Source: Bacteroidales bacterium
Lineage (GTDB): Bacteria > Bacteroidota > Bacteroidia > Bacteroidales > WCHB1-69
Direction: 5' to 3'
DNA length: 64,000 bases
NCBI GenBank assembly: GCA_024400815.1
Contig: JAKSMD010000001.1
Coordinates: 31,310 to 95,309, forward strand
The position numbers were made by a program, and so were the translations under genes. Under the pieces are notes generated by a model, which searched no databases, had not been told where the DNA came from, and saw only the letters and a list, made by a program, of their open reading frames with translations. This document shows positions 1 through 8,756 of this stretch, one piece after another. Positions within the stretch are counted from its first letter, which is position 1. The number at the start of each line of letters is the position of its first letter.

Positions 1-1012
1 GCACGGCGGCAAAATCATCTGGGAGTTCTGATTCAAAGCGAATAAAATCACCCTTCATCGGATGCATAAATCCGATAGATTTAGCATGCAATGCCTGCCG
101 AGGCATCAGCGCAAAGCAATTGCGAATAAACTGCTGATACTTGGAGAAAGTAGTTCCCTTCAGGATGCGATTGCCGCCATAGGATTCATCGTTAAACAAA
201 GGATGTCCGATAGACTGCATGTGCACCCGAATCTGATGCGTTCGGCCCGTTTCCAATTGGCACTCCACCAGGGTAACATAGCCAAAGCGTTCGAGCACAC
301 GCCAATGGGTCACGGCATGCTTGCCCTGCTCGCTACCTTCTGGAAAGACCGTCATAATCATACGGTCTTTGGGGTGGCGGCCCACATTGCCAACAATCGT
401 GCCTTCGTCCTGTTCAAAGTCGCCCCACACGAGTGCCCAATATTTGCGTTCCAAATCATGATCGAAGAAAACCTTTGCCAAGCGCATTTGGGCGAGTTCA
501 TTTTTCGTCACCGCAATCAGTCCCGAAGTATTCTTATCAATACGATGAACCAGCAACGGCTTCATTGGAGAGCCATCGGGCAACTTTTGATCTTTCAAAT
601 AGAAGTACAAAGCATTGACCATCGTGCCTGTAAAATTGCCGAAAGCCGGATGAACTACCATGCCCGGTTCCTTATTGATGATGAGCAAGTCGTCATCTTC
701 GTATGCTATATTAAGCGGGATGTCTTCAGGCAGGATTTCCGTATCGCGCGGCGGGTTCGGCATCAGCACCGAAATCACATCATTCGGGTGAACTTTGTAG
801 TTCTGCTTCTCTGGCTTGCCGTTGACCAAGATGCAACCCGCCTTGGCAGCCTGTTGAACCTTGTTGCGAGACGTGTGCTTAATGAGGTTGAACAAATACT
901 TATCGATACGCAGCAGTTCCGTTCCCGGGTCCACTACAAACCTAAAATGTTCATATAATTCGTCCTTATTGGAGGATTCTTCAATCTCTTCCGTTGATAT
1001 AATTTCTTCCAT
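1..1012 (-). CDS. rluD: RluA/RluD-family pseudouridine synthase; C-terminal end cut by the window edge
   Basis: Absent from the ORF track because there is no stop in the window. My minus-strand translation from the ATG at 1012..1010 gives MEEIISTEEIEESS..., an S4-like LRIDKYL segment, HRIDKNTSGLI (catalytic Asp motif) and GRTHQIRVH. The 62..958 + ORF is its antisense shadow. Confidence 0.9.
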   Translation of the reverse strand, partial: MEEIISTEEIEESSNKDELYEHFRFVVDPGTELLRIDKYLFNLIKHTSRNKVQQAAKAGCILVNGKPEKQNYKVHPNDVISVLMPNPPRDTEILPEDIPLNIAYEDDDLLIINKEPGMVVHPAFGNFTGTMVNALYFYLKDQKLPDGSPMKPLLVHRIDKNTSGLIAVTKNELAQMRLAKVFFDHDLERKYWALVWGDFEQDEGTIVGNVGRHPKDRMIMTVFPEGSEQGKHAVTHWRVLERFGYVTLVECQLETGRTHQIRVHMQSIGHPLFNDESYGGNRILKGTTFSKYQQFIRNCFALMPRQALHAKSIGFMHPMKGDFIRFESELPDDFAAV

Positions 1013-1078
1013 ACTTTTCCCAATCGTCCTGATAAGCAGAGACGATGATCATTTTAAGATTAAAAGTTTCAAATTCGG

Positions 1079-3535
1079 TTATCGGTTGCAAGTTTTGCAA
1101 ACAATGGCCTTCACTTCTTCGTTTTCCAACACGCAATAGGGCAACTTGTCGAACAAGCCGCAAAGGCGGGCAGGATTCTTCTCAGCGGCGATCTTCACTG
1201 CTTTTGTAAACAACGAACTCAAGTAGGTTTCCTCGCGGTGTGCGCGCATAGAGACGTATGAGAAAATGAAATCTTCAGAAATGGTAGGATCATCCAAGAA
1301 AGGATCCATCAAAGAAAGTGCGTAAGCATAATCATATTTTTTCACAAAATAGGAAGCCAACTTATACGCATTCTGCCAGCTATCCATCTTAGGATTGCGG
1401 ATCTCCTTGATTTTAGCAAAAGTAGCCACTGAAAGCGCCGTTGTTTCCGTATTCACTTGAGCGGTATCCAAATAGTTGACCACTTTGAGTTGGTATTCCA
1501 TATTCAAGCTATTGACTTTCTCTTTCGGCATACCCGGAACAGTATAAAGTTTATCAATGCTGGCTTGCGTCTTCATAATGTCAGCCGTGCTCTTCAATTG
1601 AGCTTGGAAAACATCGCAAACCGCCGTATTGAACGTGAGCAGCACATTGGTCGGATTCAAATTGAAGACTTTATACATTTCCGTAGAAATCGGTTCGGAC
1701 ATTTTGGTGGCGACGTAATATTTCATATAAAGTCTGTTGTTCAACATAGCTTGATATTCCTTTTTCATCGGAATATTCATTTCATCAACTTGAGAAGCTG
1801 AATAGTTGCCCATTTCGACTTGTTGCATCATATAGTTTTCGATAGACATTGCGAGTCCTTTGTTTTTCTCCGCCAATGCCTGATTGAACTTCCAAACTGC
1901 GAAAGTCTCTTCCTTTGCTTTCGTTTCAATAGGATATGTTACATAGTATTTAATTTCATAATAACGGCAAGGTGCCAAGTATCCGCTATCCAAAGTTTTG
2001 ATAGCCCAGCTGTCGGCTTTCAGTTGGCGAGCAGCTTCGTCCAATGTCAAAAAACTGAGATCGTAATATTCGCCATTGTTGACGATATCCTTTTTGAATT
2101 TTTCCCAGCAATAGTCATAGGAGACGACCACTTCAACGCCAGGATAGTGTGCTATAACATCTTTTTTCAGAAAATCGGCACGTTTCAATTGGATTTTTTG
2201 ATAATTGGCATCTTTGTAATAATTGGGCGAATTATGGGCAATAATTTCAATTTTATTGACTGTATATTCGGGAACATCAACTGCTTTCACCAAAGAGTCA
2301 AATGCAGCCGTAGTATAGTCTGTTTTTTTCAATTGATACGGGAATGAGACGCTGAAATCGCCCGTTTCTTGAGCAGCGACCCATTCGCCCTTGCTCTTGA
2401 TAGAAGTTTCATCTTTCAAGAAATTGATTTTTTCGTCATAGGCGGCATTTTTAGTTTCTACTGCCTTCGGGATGATAGTGCGGCAAATCCTATTGCCTTC
2501 TTTCAAAACCAGAATATGGATATCGAGATCGCTGTTCAAATCAATTCCTTCTGGGAGGTCGGTCAGTTTGGCAATCAACTTGCCGGATTTGAGGTTGGCA
2601 TTTTCATTGAGCTCCATCATTTTTTCATACGTAATCGGTTTTGTCACAAAACCACGATGGCTCAAATCATAATCCACATTGCCATTTTCACAATCGTATT
2701 GGCTATGTTGAACAAAGTCGATGGCAATTGCGTCCCCTTCTTTACCAATAAGTTTCTTCAGTCCCTTATAATCATCGCAAGTGATATAAACGCTGCCGTC
2801 TTTTCTTATTGAGACATAATCGGAAAGAACTTCCAAAGCGGGTTCAGCAGCACATTTCTTACAAATTTTGTCATCATAGCTCTTAAAACCGGCTTGTGTT
2901 TTGGTGAAAGGGACATCCTTTTCGCCAATTGCGGGTTTATAATTATTAAAGGTACGGTCGTTGCCGAGAACAAAAGAGACGTACATGCTCTTCATCAAGA
3001 CATCGGTATTGTAGCCGAAGCCGAAATAAGTGAATTGTTTGTCGAGAAGCACATCGGCTGTTTTCACATTTTTGAGGACGGACTGGATTAAAGCCAAGCA
3101 GAGATCATAATAAGAATATTCTGTTTCACCGAGGTAAGCTTTGGCTTTTGCAATCAGTTCAGCGCCATTGCCTGCGCAGTCGTATTTTTTCAAACGATAA
3201 TAGAGCGTACGATACGGAGCGACATTATCTTCCGTCTTTTCATCTTTGGAAGCCTGGTAGTCCGCTTGGAATTGAGCAGTTGAATCTAGGCGGACATCGT
3301 GCTTCAAAGTTTCCAAAAATCTGTACTCTTGGCGGGCCATATTAACCATATCGGTCATACAATTGTACAAAATTTTCTCATCGTAGTTGTTTGGTGCGAA
3401 ATTACGCGTATACTTCGCATTTTCTTTAAGCGACGACGGATTGAATGACATATATGGATTCTCCGTTTGAGCGAACAACATATTGCTGAATATCAACAAT
3501 ATGAAAGCAATAAAAAATGTATTTTTTCTAATCAT
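1079..3535 (-). CDS. large secreted hypothetical protein (818 aa from the internal Met)
   Basis: Long ORF 1079..3730. Met at 3535 gives the signal peptide MIRKNTFFIAFILLIFSNMLFAQ. I recognise no domain. Confidence 0.7.
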   Translation of the reverse strand: MIRKNTFFIAFILLIFSNMLFAQTENPYMSFNPSSLKENAKYTRNFAPNNYDEKILYNCMTDMVNMARQEYRFLETLKHDVRLDSTAQFQADYQASKDEKTEDNVAPYRTLYYRLKKYDCAGNGAELIAKAKAYLGETEYSYYDLCLALIQSVLKNVKTADVLLDKQFTYFGFGYNTDVLMKSMYVSFVLGNDRTFNNYKPAIGEKDVPFTKTQAGFKSYDDKICKKCAAEPALEVLSDYVSIRKDGSVYITCDDYKGLKKLIGKEGDAIAIDFVQHSQYDCENGNVDYDLSHRGFVTKPITYEKMMELNENANLKSGKLIAKLTDLPEGIDLNSDLDIHILVLKEGNRICRTIIPKAVETKNAAYDEKINFLKDETSIKSKGEWVAAQETGDFSVSFPYQLKKTDYTTAAFDSLVKAVDVPEYTVNKIEIIAHNSPNYYKDANYQKIQLKRADFLKKDVIAHYPGVEVVVSYDYCWEKFKKDIVNNGEYYDLSFLTLDEAARQLKADSWAIKTLDSGYLAPCRYYEIKYYVTYPIETKAKEETFAVWKFNQALAEKNKGLAMSIENYMMQQVEMGNYSASQVDEMNIPMKKEYQAMLNNRLYMKYYVATKMSEPISTEMYKVFNLNPTNVLLTFNTAVCDVFQAQLKSTADIMKTQASIDKLYTVPGMPKEKVNSLNMEYQLKVVNYLDTAQVNTETTALSVATFAKIKEIRNPKMDSWQNAYKLASYFVKKYDYAYALSLMDPFLDDPTISEDFIFSYVSMRAHREETYLSSLFTKAVKIAAEKNPARLCGLFDKLPYCVLENEEVKAIVCKTCNR

Positions 3536-3670
3536 AGGTATAAATTTTTCATTGTTAAAAAGCGAAAGCAATAATAACAAAATTTTTGAGAAAACAGAGG
3601 CAAAAAGCAACATTTTGAAGGTGTTGATAATTTTTTTGTTGGGGACACTTGCGTATATTGAAAAAAAGTG

Positions 3671-3678
3671 TACTTTTG
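3671..3678 (+). promoter_or_regulatory. -7 box TAnnTTTG (tacttttg) for rpmH
   Basis: Perfect match to the Bacteroidota sigma-A -7 consensus; its G lies 40 nt upstream of the rpmH ATG. Confidence 0.6.
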
Positions 3679-3717
3679 CAGTCCTAAAATTTTTGGAAGA
3701 ATTAAACATTTTTAGAA

Positions 3718-3876
3718 ATGAAAAGAACATATCAACCTTCGAACGAAAGACGCAGAAACAAACACGGTTTCAGAGAAAGAATGTCTACTGCTAACGGTCG
3801 CCGCGTATTGGCCGCTCGTCGTGCAAAAGGCAGAAAAAAATTAACCGTTTCTGACGAAAGTCTGGGTAGAAAATAA
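3718..3876 (+). CDS. rpmH: 50S ribosomal protein L34
   Basis: 52-aa ORF below the track cutoff: [52 protein letters not shown], the classic L34 sequence. Confidence 0.95.
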   Translation: MKRTYQPSNERRRNKHGFRERMSTANGRRVLAARRAKGRKKLTVSDESLGRK

Positions 3877-3903
3877 TTATTCACCCATTGCGTTTTTAAC
3901 ATT

Positions 3904-3932
3904 AAAAAGAAGGCAGATGTCTTCTTTTTTTT
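3904..3932 (+). terminator. rho-independent terminator after rpmH
   Basis: Stem AAAGAAG / CTTCTTT with an 8-nt loop, followed by a T-run. Confidence 0.5.
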
Positions 3933-3966
3933 GTATTTTCGCCCCGCATTTTTAACAAGGACAATC

Positions 3967-5334
3967 ATGCACTCGAATGTTATTTTGAACAAGTTGGCGT
4001 TTTGCTTTCTGATTGTAGTCAGCGGGCTGTCTGCTTTAGCTCAAAACAAGGGCGTGCCCGTTGATGGCATCGTCGCCGTGGTGGGCAAAGAGATTATCAC
4101 GCAATCCGAATTAGAAAAACATTATCTCGACTACACGTCGCAATTCAACACCGTGGAAGACCCGGATGAAACCCGCTGCTACCTGCTGGAGACTTTGATG
4201 TTCAACAAGCTCATGGTTCACCAAGCAGACCTTGACAGCATTGAGGTTTCTGACGAAGAGGTGGAATACCGATTGAATTCCCGTATTTCCTATTTCTTAC
4301 AGCAAGTCGGCGGCAACTCGAAAATCATCGAAGACTACTACCACAAGCCGATGTCCGAAATCAAGAAGGAAATGCGCGAGATGATGAAAGAACAGGCTCT
4401 CATTGAGCAGGTACAATATAAGATTACAGGCGATGTGTCCGTAACCCCATCTGAAGTCAAGGCATTTGCGGCCCGCATGAACGCAGACAGCATGCCTATC
4501 GTGCCGACCTCCTATCAGTTTGGCGAAATCGTCAAGATTCCACCTGTGAGCGAAGAGGAAATCCAAAGTGTAAAAGACCGGTTGAACGAATATCGCGAGC
4601 GCGTGCTGCGCGGTGAAAAGTTCTCCGTGCTTGCTAGACTCTACTCCGACGATCCCGGTTCCGCATCCAAAGGCGGTGACTTGGGCTTTGTGGAACGCGG
4701 CACTCTGTATCCTGAATTTGAAGCCGCCGCCTTCAATCTTAAATCTGGCGAAATCTCCCAAATTGTCAAGACGCAAGCCGGATACCACATCATCCAAATG
4801 ATTGAAAGAAAAGGCGAATCCATTCGCGTGGCGCACATTTTGCTCCAACCCAAACCTTCAACTGATGAGCAAGTGAAGGCCATCACCTATTTGGACAGCA
4901 TCCGCGGAATTATCGTCAACGAGCATCTGGAAATTGCAGATGCCGCCAAACGATTCTCCGAAGGCCCCACCCGATTCAATGGCGGATTGGCCGTTAACCC
5001 GTACACCAATTCCAATTATTTTGACAAACAATCCCTGGACGACGCTACTTATATGACCATCAGCAAACTTATACCAGGGGAATATTCTGAATGCGTTCCG
5101 TTTGTAAACGAAGACGGTATTATGGCTTATCGACTCATCTACTTGAAAGAGAAAATCGCTGAACACAAAGCCAATATCGTGGAAGACTACGACATGATTA
5201 AGAACGCCGCTCTGGAAGAAAAGAAATACGACGCCATGCAGAAATGGGTGGTGGACAAAGTAAAAGTTACGAGTATAAAGTTAAACGAACAATATAGAGA
5301 CTGTGAATTCGTTACTAAATGGCAAATTCCTTAA
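3967..5334 (+). CDS. SurA-like periplasmic peptidyl-prolyl isomerase (parvulin/PpiC domain)
   Basis: Signal peptide MHSNVILNKLAFCFLIVVSGLSALAQ from the ATG at 3967. Parvulin block GGDLGFVERGTLYPEFEAAAFNLKSGEISQIVKTQAGYHIIQ. Confidence 0.85.
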   Translation: MHSNVILNKLAFCFLIVVSGLSALAQNKGVPVDGIVAVVGKEIITQSELEKHYLDYTSQFNTVEDPDETRCYLLETLMFNKLMVHQADLDSIEVSDEEVEYRLNSRISYFLQQVGGNSKIIEDYYHKPMSEIKKEMREMMKEQALIEQVQYKITGDVSVTPSEVKAFAARMNADSMPIVPTSYQFGEIVKIPPVSEEEIQSVKDRLNEYRERVLRGEKFSVLARLYSDDPGSASKGGDLGFVERGTLYPEFEAAAFNLKSGEISQIVKTQAGYHIIQMIERKGESIRVAHILLQPKPSTDEQVKAITYLDSIRGIIVNEHLEIADAAKRFSEGPTRFNGGLAVNPYTNSNYFDKQSLDDATYMTISKLIPGEYSECVPFVNEDGIMAYRLIYLKEKIAEHKANIVEDYDMIKNAALEEKKYDAMQKWVVDKVKVTSIKLNEQYRDCEFVTKWQIP

Positions 5335-5345
5335 ACCTATAAAAA

Positions 5346-6326
5346 ATGGATTTGAATACTAAAAACGATGTAGAAGCTATTGAAGCTTTTGTTGACAAAT
5401 ATAAAGAACTCAAACAAGAAATCGCAAAGGTCATCGTTGGCCAAGATGAAGTTGTGAAAAACATCTTGATGGCTATGTTCAGCCGCAGCCACGCTTTGCT
5501 GATTGGTGTTCCAGGTTTGGCTAAAACCCTTATGATTACGACGATTGCTAAAGCCGTCGATATGAGCTACAATCGTATTCAGTTCACCCCCGACTTGATG
5601 CCTTCCGACATTATGGGTGCTGAGATCTTGGATGACAGCCGAAACTTCAAATTTGTGAAGGGACCTATCTTCGCGAATATCGTCTTGGCCGATGAAATCA
5701 ACCGTACCCCGCCTAAGACGCAATCTGCTTTGCTAGAAGCTATGCAAGAACGCTCTGTCAGTATGAACGGCACCACCTACCAACTGCCGAATCCATTTTT
5801 TGTATTAGCTACCCAAAACCCTATTGAACAAGAAGGTACCTATCCGCTTCCTGAAGCTCAACAAGACCGTTTCATGTTCAATATCATGTTGGACTACCCA
5901 ACAAAAGAAGAAGAAGTTCAAATTGTGAAAAGCACCATCAATGGCGACATGCAAGAACCTAAGCGCGTTCTGACCGTTGAAGACATCATCTTCTACCAAA
6001 AATTGCTGCAAAAAATCCCAGTCCCAGAAAACGTATATCGCTATGCGGTCAACTTGGCAACCTTAACCCGTCCGGGCACCGCTGGCACACACCAATGGGC
6101 ACACGACTATCTATCCTGGGGCGCAGGTCCGCGTGCATCCCAATTCCTAATTATCGGTGCCAGAACGCACGCCGTTTTGAATGGCAAATTCTCCCCTGAC
6201 ATCGAAGACGTGAAGGCCGTATCCTACAACATCCTCCGCCACAGAATCATTAAGAATTACAAGGCAGAAGCTGAAGGCATTACGGTAGAACAAATTATCG
6301 ACAAGCTCCTCGCAGCTGCCGAATAA
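5346..6326 (+). CDS. MoxR-family AAA+ ATPase
   Basis: VIVGQDEVVKNIL, Walker A GVPGLAKT, LADEINRTPPKTQSALLEAMQE, FFVLATQNPIEQEGTYPLPEAQQDRF. Confidence 0.9.
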   Translation: MDLNTKNDVEAIEAFVDKYKELKQEIAKVIVGQDEVVKNILMAMFSRSHALLIGVPGLAKTLMITTIAKAVDMSYNRIQFTPDLMPSDIMGAEILDDSRNFKFVKGPIFANIVLADEINRTPPKTQSALLEAMQERSVSMNGTTYQLPNPFFVLATQNPIEQEGTYPLPEAQQDRFMFNIMLDYPTKEEEVQIVKSTINGDMQEPKRVLTVEDIIFYQKLLQKIPVPENVYRYAVNLATLTRPGTAGTHQWAHDYLSWGAGPRASQFLIIGARTHAVLNGKFSPDIEDVKAVSYNILRHRIIKNYKAEAEGITVEQIIDKLLAAAE

Positions 6327-6337
6327 TTTTCATTACG

Positions 6338-7840
6338 ATGAAACAAAGAATCTATAAGGCGCATTGGAAGTGGTTGCTTTTTGTTTCCGCTGCCATTGCG
6401 CTTGTTTTTATTGTCTATTATTCCAGCAAACTCATTAACAACATTGCGCAAGAAGAGCGCAAACGTATTGAGATCTGGGCCGGCGCCATTTCTTATAAGG
6501 CGCAATTCGTCAATGAGACCGAGCGTTTCTTCAACTCCATCAAGTTGGAAGAAGGAAACCATGCAACCATTTTGGCTAAGACCATCCGCAAAGTAGCAGA
6601 AGCCGACTTTGATGAAGATTTGACTTTTTACCAGGACATCATTTCCTCTAATTCCACTATCCCCACCATTATCACCAATGCAAAAGGCGAAATTGATGCC
6701 GCCGTGAATGTTCCCGACAGCATCAATGAAATGCACAACATAAGCGAGATGGGCGCTGCACTGGACGAGTACGAAAAGATTTTCTTGCACTACTATAAAA
6801 AAGACTATTTGGTGGTGTATTATAAAGAATCACAAATGTATAGCGACCTGCACGGCGTTATCGACAACTTGATTCAGTCCTTCTTCCAAGAGACGGTCAT
6901 CAATTCCGCTTCTGTTCCCGTCATCATCACCGACAGCACACAAAACAATGTCATCAACGCAGGCAACATCGACTCTGTAACCCTGAACACGCCTGCATTA
7001 TTGGCCGAGCGATTAAAGAGCATGAAAAGCGGCAAAACGCCCATCAAGCTCAACCTCTTAGATCAAGGAAACTGTTATGTCTATTACGAAGAATCCACGG
7101 TCTTAAAACAATTGCGCATATTCCCCTTCATCGAGCTGGCCATCGTCTTGGTATTCATCATTGTGGCCTACCTGCTGTTTAGCGTCGCCCGCCGTTCCGA
7201 ACAGAACCGCGTATGGGTAGGCATGTCGAAGGAAACTGCTCACCAACTGGGCACTCCGATATCTTCCCTTATGGCATGGACAGAACTCTTGAAAGATATG
7301 CCGGTGGACCAATCCATCCCGACAGAAATCGGCAAAGATGTCAAGCGATTGGAAACCATCGCCCAGCGATTCTCCAAAATTGGTTCCGCACCGGTATTGG
7401 AGCCAACGGACCTCGTTGTCGTTGTGGACGAATTCACCCAATATTTACAATCCAGAATATCCTCTATGGTATCTATCACCTTCAACAAACCGGAAAGCGA
7501 AAGCATTATACTGCCGCTCAACCGATACTTATTTGAATGGGTGATTGAAAATCTTTGTAAAAATGCCGTAGATGCTATGAACGGCAAAGGTTCCATCAAC
7601 ATAGACATTACGGAAGAAAAGAAGAAAGTTTTTATTGATGTCACCGACACAGGCAAAGGCATTCCCACCAAGATGCAGAAGCGCATTTTCTCCCCGGGAT
7701 ACACTTCCAAGAGTCGCGGTTGGGGCCTTGGACTAACCTTGGCGCGCCGTATCATCAATGAATATCATAACGGAAAACTATTCGTCAAATCTTCCGTCAT
7801 CGACCACGGCACCGTGATGCGTATTCAACTCAAGAAATAG
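6338..7840 (+). CDS. membrane sensor histidine kinase
   Basis: N-terminal TM segment, H-box ETAHQLGTPISSL, and HATPase_c motifs NLCKNAVDAM, DTGKGIP, GWGLGLTLARRII. Confidence 0.85.
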   Translation: MKQRIYKAHWKWLLFVSAAIALVFIVYYSSKLINNIAQEERKRIEIWAGAISYKAQFVNETERFFNSIKLEEGNHATILAKTIRKVAEADFDEDLTFYQDIISSNSTIPTIITNAKGEIDAAVNVPDSINEMHNISEMGAALDEYEKIFLHYYKKDYLVVYYKESQMYSDLHGVIDNLIQSFFQETVINSASVPVIITDSTQNNVINAGNIDSVTLNTPALLAERLKSMKSGKTPIKLNLLDQGNCYVYYEESTVLKQLRIFPFIELAIVLVFIIVAYLLFSVARRSEQNRVWVGMSKETAHQLGTPISSLMAWTELLKDMPVDQSIPTEIGKDVKRLETIAQRFSKIGSAPVLEPTDLVVVVDEFTQYLQSRISSMVSITFNKPESESIILPLNRYLFEWVIENLCKNAVDAMNGKGSINIDITEEKKKVFIDVTDTGKGIPTKMQKRIFSPGYTSKSRGWGLGLTLARRIINEYHNGKLFVKSSVIDHGTVMRIQLKK

Positions 7841-7841
7841 G

Positions 7842-8705
7842 TTATTTTGATACCCAGTTGAAAAGTACTGGTTCAACCGTATATCCTCTTTTTTTCAATA
7901 GGGCCAAAACGCCCTTTTCGCCGGCCAAATGGGCGGCACCAACAGCGGCAAACAGCGTTTGCTGCTGCGCGATACGTTCAAACTCATTGGCCATAGTGAT
8001 ATTGCGCTTATCCACCAGCACTTTTTGGAACTTTTTAGGATAATCCGTACCAGACATGAGGTCCAACATTTTATCAAAATCAAAAGTCAGATAGGCTTGC
8101 AACAGCGCGTCAAATTCTTCCGCATTCTGTCCCACGGTATCTCTCACATATTGCAGCAGCATATCGACTTGATCCTTCATTTTGAAAGCATCTATCGCCT
8201 TGATCTGGTCCATATATTCCTCCAAACCGAAACACGATTTCTCTTGCGAGCGAGCGGTTTTCAAGAAGAACAGATCCAACGCCTCGGTCTCGTCTTGCGG
8301 CATCTCCATTTGCTCTAACGCACTACTCAAAAAGAAGGGTTTCATAGTATTGAAAAAAATAGCACTTGCCCCCAACTTCGCCTTGCAAACACTATCCAGC
8401 AAGACAAAGTCTTCTTTAGACATCATGTTAGAAAGCACCTTGCCCTTGGGCATATACATGGCACCCTTCAGTTGGACAGGGTCCAGCTTGTCCATGAGTA
8501 TCTCCATAGCAAAAGCATCACAAGAAGCTATGGCCTTCAGCACCGTGCTGTCAAAAGCAAACACGCGCTGGTCTTGAATATGTATGGTGCCATAAAAATA
8601 GGAAGGTGACTTCAAATTCTTACCACTGATTTTCCACAAAAGAGATTGAGAAAATAGCAGATTTGTCAAACCCACTAATACGAGAACAAGCGCAATTTTT
8701 TTCAT
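7842..8705 (-). CDS. TraB/GumN family protein
   Basis: Signal peptide, then LLWKISGKNLKSPSYFYGTIHIQDQRVF and a C-terminal AVGAAHLAGEKGVLALLKKRGYTVEPV. Confidence 0.8.
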   Translation of the reverse strand: MKKIALVLVLVGLTNLLFSQSLLWKISGKNLKSPSYFYGTIHIQDQRVFAFDSTVLKAIASCDAFAMEILMDKLDPVQLKGAMYMPKGKVLSNMMSKEDFVLLDSVCKAKLGASAIFFNTMKPFFLSSALEQMEMPQDETEALDLFFLKTARSQEKSCFGLEEYMDQIKAIDAFKMKDQVDMLLQYVRDTVGQNAEEFDALLQAYLTFDFDKMLDLMSGTDYPKKFQKVLVDKRNITMANEFERIAQQQTLFAAVGAAHLAGEKGVLALLKKRGYTVEPVLFNWVSK

Positions 8706-8756
8706 AATATCATTCCGTTTTTGATAAATAAAAGTCCAAATCGTAATGGTTGAAAA

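Noticed and set aside
62-958. 298-aa plus-strand ORF in the track
   Set aside because: It is the antisense shadow of the rluD-like gene. The minus-strand translation has clear pseudouridine synthase motifs, while the plus-strand product is low-complexity with no motifs.
3483-3992. ORFs 3483..3794 (+) and 3732..3992 (-)
   Set aside because: They overlap the clear rpmH gene (3718..3876), its promoter and its terminator. They are AT-rich read-through frames.
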